This document shows positions 59,101 through 64,000 of a stretch of DNA of 64,000 nt, in pieces. Every line of letters begins with the position of its first letter. Position 1 is the stretch's first letter. The position numbers were made by a program, and so were the translations under genes. The stretch spans positions 528,880,264-528,944,263 of the forward strand of contig NC_058131.1 in assembly GCF_016433145.1 (NCBI RefSeq), given 5' to 3'. A model generated the notes under the pieces. It saw only the letters and a program-made list of their open reading frames with translations, had not been told where the DNA came from and made no database searches. Source of the stretch: Gracilinanus agilis. Its lineage: Eukaryota.

Positions 59101-62100
59101 ACTTTATAAAATGCTCTCCTCACAATGTCAGGAGGAACAGCGGTTAGTGCAAGCATTGTCCCATTTTTACAGGAGTGATAAAAGTGACTCTCCTTAGACC
59201 AGGAAGCCCCTCTGGTATCCCAGTGGTGGCATTATGGGATCATAGATTTAGAGCTGGAAAGGGACCTGTGGGGCCATCAAATCCAGCTCCTCATTTTACA
59301 TTTGGGGAAACTGAGGCTGGGGAGGGTTAAGTGACTGCCTAGAGTTACACAATAAGTGTCTGAAGCAGCATTTGAACTTGGGGCTTCCTGCACTATCTAC
59401 TCTGCTGCCTCAATTCTGGAACTAGTAGACTTGCCAGAAGGGATAAGAAGATTTTTTACTTAGTATAATAATACGGAAAAGCATTCTAACAATTATACCC
59501 ATCTCATAGTAGAACAGATTGCTTTAAGTGATAGTGAATTCATTTCTCTTGTCACAGTGGAGCTGGACTAGGGAGAAGAAGGCCCAGGTCTTCAAATGAG
59601 GGCCTGGTGACTGTTTGCTAAGGATGCTGTGGAGGGATTCAAATTTAGTGTGGATTAGGTGACCTCTTTACCTATTTGAACTACAGGTCTGTAGTTCTGT
59701 GTTGCTGCCTCTGTGTACCCAGGATCCATCCAACAAGACTTTCTGCAAAATCCTCTGCCCTTGGGAGCAGGGGAGCTTCCCCACCCAGAATCTCAGTTCT
59801 GGGTTACTCCTTGTAGGGTGATCACTCTCAGTACCAGCCATTTGTTGAGGGTGCTCTAAATCCTGGGCTTGAAGGGAATCTTACGGGACACATTGTTATG
59901 TTATCTCGTCTTTAGACAGGCCTCTGCTTGTGTGGTAGGAAGAAAATGTCTCCTGGAGGCTCTCTTTGATAATATAGGTCTGTAGAGTACCTGCAGGGCA
60001 ACATTTAGAGCATTAATTCTCTTATTTTTAAACCCTTGCCTTTTGTCTTAGTATGAATGCTAAGGTTTGGGGGGGTTAAGTGACTTGCCCAGGAACAAAC
60101 AGCTAGGAAGTGTCTGAGGTCAGATTCAAACTCAGGTCCTCCATGCGTAGTACTCTATGCATTGTGCTACCTGGCTGCCCCTTGACCTGCCACTTCTTAA
60201 CTGGCTCCACACTTGGGTATCAAAAAATAAGGATTAGAGCAGACAGCCTTCTTTTCCTGCTCTTTTCAAAGAGGGCTTTGATGGGCTTTGAGTGGGAAAG
60301 AATCCTTTTCCAAATATTGTTAACTTCTGGCATTATCTTTGATCTTTTAGGAAAAGAAGAAGCAGAGGCCGCCCTGGAGAAAGGGGATGACAGTGCTGAG
60401 TCTCACCAGTGGTAAATGGTGGCCTTGTGGGTCTCCAGGGGGAGGCTTTAGGGCTCCGGCTCAGCCAGCTTTCCCTGCATTCTAGAAGGCACTCTCACTT
60501 CTTTTCTTGGCAATGCCCAGAGGCGTTAGGAGAGCTTTTCTTTAGCCTCCTATTCAGCCCCTTGTGAAACCAGAAGGATCTGCTTCATTGGAGCAAGGCT
60601 GTTTGTGCAGGATGGTGCCTGGAGATGAGATCCAAAAACCCAGCACAGTATAGATGAGGGTCAGTGGGGTGGGCAGGGTAAGCGTGGCCAATGGCTGCAC
60701 TGCTTTGGCTAAGCTACAGTGAGGGGCCTGGAGTCCAGGGTGCAGTCTTGGCTGATGGACTTTGCCTTTTGCTCAGCTTGGGTGGGGACATCTGTCCATG
60801 AACTTAGGACACAGTGAATAGTACTGCCAAGTCTGATGGTTAGATGAGATAGATTCTTTTATTGGCATAAAAAAAAAATTAGCCCTATTTGTGACCTCAT
60901 GAGGCAAAGCCCTCGTGGCTGTCCCAGGGCAGAGCTAAGTCAGAAATTCACTGTCCTGGGAGTTCTGGGCCAGAGTTCCTAGTTTCAGTGAAAACATTCT
61001 TGTCATTTATTTTTGTTTCTTGCTTTTCCTATCATCCATCCCTTGGGCCGTCTGTGTGTCTGGGACGGGGATGGAGGGGGACAGGGTTTAACCAGCTCTT
61101 GGTGAACTTCTTGTTTAGCTTTTGGTTCTTGGGAACCGGGGAACCACTGTTCTTTTTTTCATGAGGAGAGCAGGTTTGCAGGCTGTCTTTGCACAGTTGC
61201 TCACAGTAAGCACTGACAATAGTAAGTACTGATTAGTATCTTTGCTCTGATCAAATTGGCCTTCTTACTGGTCCTCACACATAATACACTATTCTGGAGT
61301 CTTTGCCTTTGCACAGGCCATATATTCTGGGAATGCACCCATCCTTAGTGCTGCCTCTTAGAATCCCAAGTTTCCTTTGAAGCTCAATTCAGGCATCACC
61401 TTCAGTTAAGACCTTTCCTGATCTTTACTTTCATCAGATCTTTCCATGCCTTATGGTGGAACTCATTCTAGATCTTGTACTTTTGGGGGCAGCTAGGTAC
61501 TTCAATGGATTGAGAGCCTGGAGATGGGAGGTCCTGAGTTCAAATTTAACCTCAGACACTTCCTAGCTGTGTGACCCTGGGCAAGTCACTTAACCTTCAC
61601 TGCCTAGCCCTTACTGCTCTTCAACTGTGGAACTAAGACTTTGTATTGATTCTAAGACAGAAGATAAGGGTTTAAAAAAAAAAAAGATCTTGTACTTTTT
61701 CCCTTAGTTTCTATAACATTTGGTTGGTCTTTCCCTGAGTAGTTTCTGAGACCTGTACTTTAGCTGGTACTAACTTGAAACCCTGCTAATCTTAAATTAT
61801 TTCTTCTGTCCATCATCCATCTGTGTAGAGCCACACATATGTGTATATATACATATACATGTATACATACTTATGTCTCAATCTATGCAGACATATACGT
61901 GTGTGTACATCTTAAATATAGGGTAGAGATTTTTTTCACAAATGAGAGTCAACAAACATAATCATTCCCACATACTCAGGTTAGAAAAAGAAGATTGCAG
62001 ATGAAACTGAATTTATATATAGGGTGTCAACAGAGTCTTAGTGTGGCATTAAGCTTAGCACCTTATGTTCAGTTTGCCATGCTATCTGATGGTACCGACA

Positions 62101-63785
62101 CTGCCCTGCTCGCAGTGTCTCCTTCTAAACTTGCATTTTGTTAAAAACTGTTGTGAGAATACTTTTTTATACATCGCTGTTATTATCCCTGGTCTTCCTG
62201 CCCTCCATAAAAGCCCTCCCTTATAAAAAATAAGTATAATCGCATTAAAACAAAGTTATGTGAATTGGCCAAAGCTGAAAATTTATGTCTCACTCGGCCC
62301 CTTTAGTCATCAACTCTCAAAGTGTGCAGGAGTCACGATTGATCACTGCACTGATAAAAAGTCCTTTTCCTTTCAGGATTTTGGCCAGCTTGTCAATTGT
62401 CCTCCAGGTTCTGCTCTCATCACTCTGCATCAGTTTGTAGAAATCCTCCCAGGCTTCTCTGAAACTGTCCCTTTAATTTCTTAGGGAAAAAAAATAATCT
62501 AATATTCTTATTATACAGTTTGTTCAGCCATTCCCCAGTTGATGGCACCTATTTTACACATATTTATCTTCTGTCTTAGGCCCTTTGGGGTCTGGTGACT
62601 GCTGAATTAAAGGCTATATACCCAGTCAAGAGATTTTTTTTGAGTTGGTTCTAGCTTTTCAACAAAATTCTTAAGGGCAGAGGATGTGTAGTTTGAGGCA
62701 GATGTGTAGTGTGAGGGCTCTCAAGAGAGCCAGGGAGCAAGGTCTAGAAAACCCTGCTGGGCCCTTTGCATGGAGATATCCCCTTTGGATCTAAGCTTGG
62801 CCTCAGATCCTGAGCTCACTGTTGTCTCCTTGGTAGGTATGCGGTGCTGTGTGGTCAGCTGGCTGAGCATGAAGGCATTCAGAGGCGTATCCAGAGTGGC
62901 TATATCTTCAAGGTGAGAAGTAGCTCCTCTGCCCCTCTCTGGAACTGGCACCTGAGGGAGGTCTCAGCTGCCTTCCTGCCTCTTCACATGTCCGCCCCGA
63001 TTCCTCAGAGTGGCCCTCTTTTTTCTGCTTTTTCCCTCCCCAGGATCATGTGGACAGAGCTATTGCCCTCCAGCCAGACAATCCCAAGTCTCACTTCCTC
63101 CTTGGAAGGTGGTGCTACCAGGTGAGCCCCATCCTTATGCCTTCAGTCACCTCAGGAAGCAGTAGCTTGGGCCATTTGAGTTACTCGGGAGTCTGTAGAA
63201 CGGTGGCAAAAATGGAATGAATGAAAGCATTGGCCGCATGTTTGGCATAATGATTTTAGGATTTTAGAAGCAAAAGGGAACATGGGTAAGGGGTAATGAG
63301 TGCATGTCTGTGCTTGCAGTGAGGTGGGATTTTAATATTTCTTTTGGCCCTGACAGTCTTGTCCCTGCCTAGCTCAGTTTTAATTTTCTGTTTTGGTGGC
63401 AGGTATCTCATCTGACTTGGCTAGAGAAAAAGACTGCTGGAGCCCTGTTTGAGAGCCCTCCCAGTGCTACGGTCCATGATGCTCTCCAGAGCTTTCTGAA
63501 GGTATCACGGGAAGGGAAGAGATCAGAGGAAGAGGGCAAAAAGGCTGGTAGCAGGTGTGAAAGATTCTACTAAAATGCAGGAAATGCATGGCCTTGTTCT
63601 GAGCTGTTGGCTTCTGAGGGGTTTGGGGAGGGATCCCGAGGCTTCCCTGGCATCTTGGAGATTTGGCTTGAAGCTGTCTTCTGGAGGGCCAAATCCACCC
63701 TGCTGTTTACCCATCTGTCTCCCCTCTTAAGGCAGAAGAACTGAGTCCTGGGTTTTCCAAAGCTGGAAGGGTCTACATCTCCAAG
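43857..63785 (+). CDS. RMDN3: Regulator of microtubule dynamics 3 (PTPIP51/FAM82A2), first ten coding exons; 3' exons lie beyond the window
   Basis: In-phase GT-AG exons: 43857-44043, 46983-47175, 47616-47759, 56255-56516, 57861-57963, 60351-60411, 62837-62912, 63044-63121, 63403-63501, 63732-63785. They encode an N-terminal TM anchor, a coiled coil (LDRLDFVL...EIVGEV), an FFAT region and TPRs ([27 protein letters not shown]). Confidence 0.97.
46983..47175 (+). CDS. RMDN3: RMDN3 exon, 193 nt (coiled coil)
   Basis: tttag|TGATG...GTCAA|gtgagt; [13 protein letters not shown]...[12 protein letters not shown]. Confidence 0.95.
47616..47759 (+). CDS. RMDN3: RMDN3 exon, 144 nt (FFAT-like region)
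   Basis: tgcag|GTCTC...GGAGG|gtgagt; [48 protein letters not shown]. Confidence 0.95.
48972..49139 (+). repeat. Diverged two-copy tandem duplication (48972-49051 and 49069-49139)
   Basis: TTTAAAACCTTAAATGGATGATGA...AGTCCTAAAG...AATTTTGTGTC versus TTTAAACCTTAATTAGATGATGA...AGTCCTCAGG...AATTTTGTGTC. Confidence 0.8.
52707..53414. mobile_element. Non-autonomous Tc1/mariner (Tigger-like) element with TA TSD, carrying a nested SINE at 52938-53133
   Basis: TA-CAAGTATCCCTTCCACAT ... ATGTGGAAGGATATCTG-TA imperfect TIRs; it splits an L2 3' end. Confidence 0.7.
55937..56114 (-). mobile_element. SINE1 copy with 17-bp TSD GCATTTTAGTACTTTTT (55920-55936 / 56115-56131)
   Basis: Family core plus exact flanking duplication, 140 nt upstream of an RMDN3 exon. 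Confidence 0.85.
56255..56516 (+). CDS. RMDN3: RMDN3 exon, 262 nt
   Basis: ctag|GTACACG...CTAGTG|gtaatg; [32 protein letters not shown]...[11 protein letters not shown]...LLNNKLV. Confidence 0.95.
57861..57963 (+). CDS. RMDN3: RMDN3 exon, 103 nt
   Basis: cacag|TACGGA...AGTG|gtgagc; [34 protein letters not shown]. Confidence 0.96.
60351..60411 (+). CDS. RMDN3: RMDN3 exon, 61 nt
   Basis: tttag|GAAAAG...CAGTG|gtaaat; [21 protein letters not shown]. Confidence 0.95.
61485..61684 (+). mobile_element. SINE1 copy with 15-bp TSD AGATCTTGTACTTTT (61470-61484 / 61685-61699)
   Basis: Family core, poly-A tail and exact duplication. Confidence 0.88.
62837..62912 (+). CDS. RMDN3: RMDN3 exon, 76 nt
   Basis: ggtag|GTATGCG...AAG|gtgaga; [25 protein letters not shown]. 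Confidence 0.95.
63044..63121 (+). CDS. RMDN3: RMDN3 exon, 78 nt
   Basis: cccag|GATCAT...CAG|gtgagc; [26 protein letters not shown]. Confidence 0.96.
63403..63501 (+). CDS. RMDN3: RMDN3 exon, 99 nt
   Basis: ggcag|GTATCT...AAG|gtatca; [33 protein letters not shown]. Confidence 0.95.
63732..63785 (+). CDS. RMDN3: RMDN3 exon, 54 nt
   Basis: cttaag|GCAGAA...AAG|gtatgt; [18 protein letters not shown]. Confidence 0.95.
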
Positions 63786-64000
63786 GTATGTGTATGTTTA
63801 AAAACATTTGGTGCCTTTTGCCTTACACGACACTCACTGGGGGGAACCTTTCCTCATAACCAAACAGTTAAGCACAAGTCGTTTTGAAGTGACCCATCCT
63901 GGCCACATATACAATTTCCTGTCCTGATAGTAGCTTGCCTCTACCATTAGGAGGTCAGTCTGTCATTTTCACTTCTCTATTGATTCATGATTCAGATTTC

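Larger units (their letters stand above)
40105..60182. mobile_element. Further SINE1/MAR copies at ~40105-40290 +, 42712-42885 -, 48008-48215 +, 50150-50380 -, 53548-53740 -, 55590-55800 -, 56822-57030 -, 58638-58843 -, 60025-60182 -
   Basis: Family core in each copy. This is a summary span, not one element. Confidence 0.75.

Noticed and set aside
63502-63731. Possible U12 intron in RMDN3 (donor GTATCA)
   Set aside because: Lacks the GTATCCTT consensus and a TCCTTAAC branch site.
1-64000. CRISPR arrays, operons, rRNA or tRNA genes
   Set aside because: None seen. The recurring GTGACCCTGGGCAAGTCACTT motif is the dispersed SINE core, not a regularly spaced array, and the tRNA-like segments are SINE heads.

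Overview
Eukaryotic, intron-rich DNA from a marsupial, most likely a didelphid opossum. The basis is about 30 copies of a ~200-bp tRNA-headed SINE matching my recollection of the Monodelphis SINE1/MAR family, plus MIR, L2 and L1 remnants. The window is the conserved mammalian block DNAJC17 - C15orf62 - GCHFR - RMDN3. DNAJC17 (+): coding exons 2-11 at 17918-33028; exon 1 is upstream of the window. C15orf62 (-): 29419-29943, nested antisense in the last DNAJC17 intron. GCHFR (-): 3 exons, 33572-36161, tail-to-tail with DNAJC17. RMDN3/PTPIP51 (+): first ten coding exons at 43857-63785; the last exons lie beyond the window. Gene identities rest on my recall of the human proteins and exon sizes, not on a database search. 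Every exon was checked by hand for GT-AG boundaries and phase. The strongest unexplained signal is in the C15orf62 leader: one frame is open from 30507 to the C15orf62 stop except for a single TAA that sits inside a consensus GTAAGT donor. A 318-nt intron would remove that stop and fuse an upstream AUG in frame onto a CRIB-less BORG/CDC42EP-like protein. Other candidates: a poison exon and a 5-nt microexon in the long RMDN3 intron, a mini CpG island behind a weak DNAJC17 donor, two opposed solo-LTR-like elements and a three-tier nested transposon. No prokaryotic features, CRISPR arrays, rRNA or tRNA genes were seen. Repeat boundaries are approximate.
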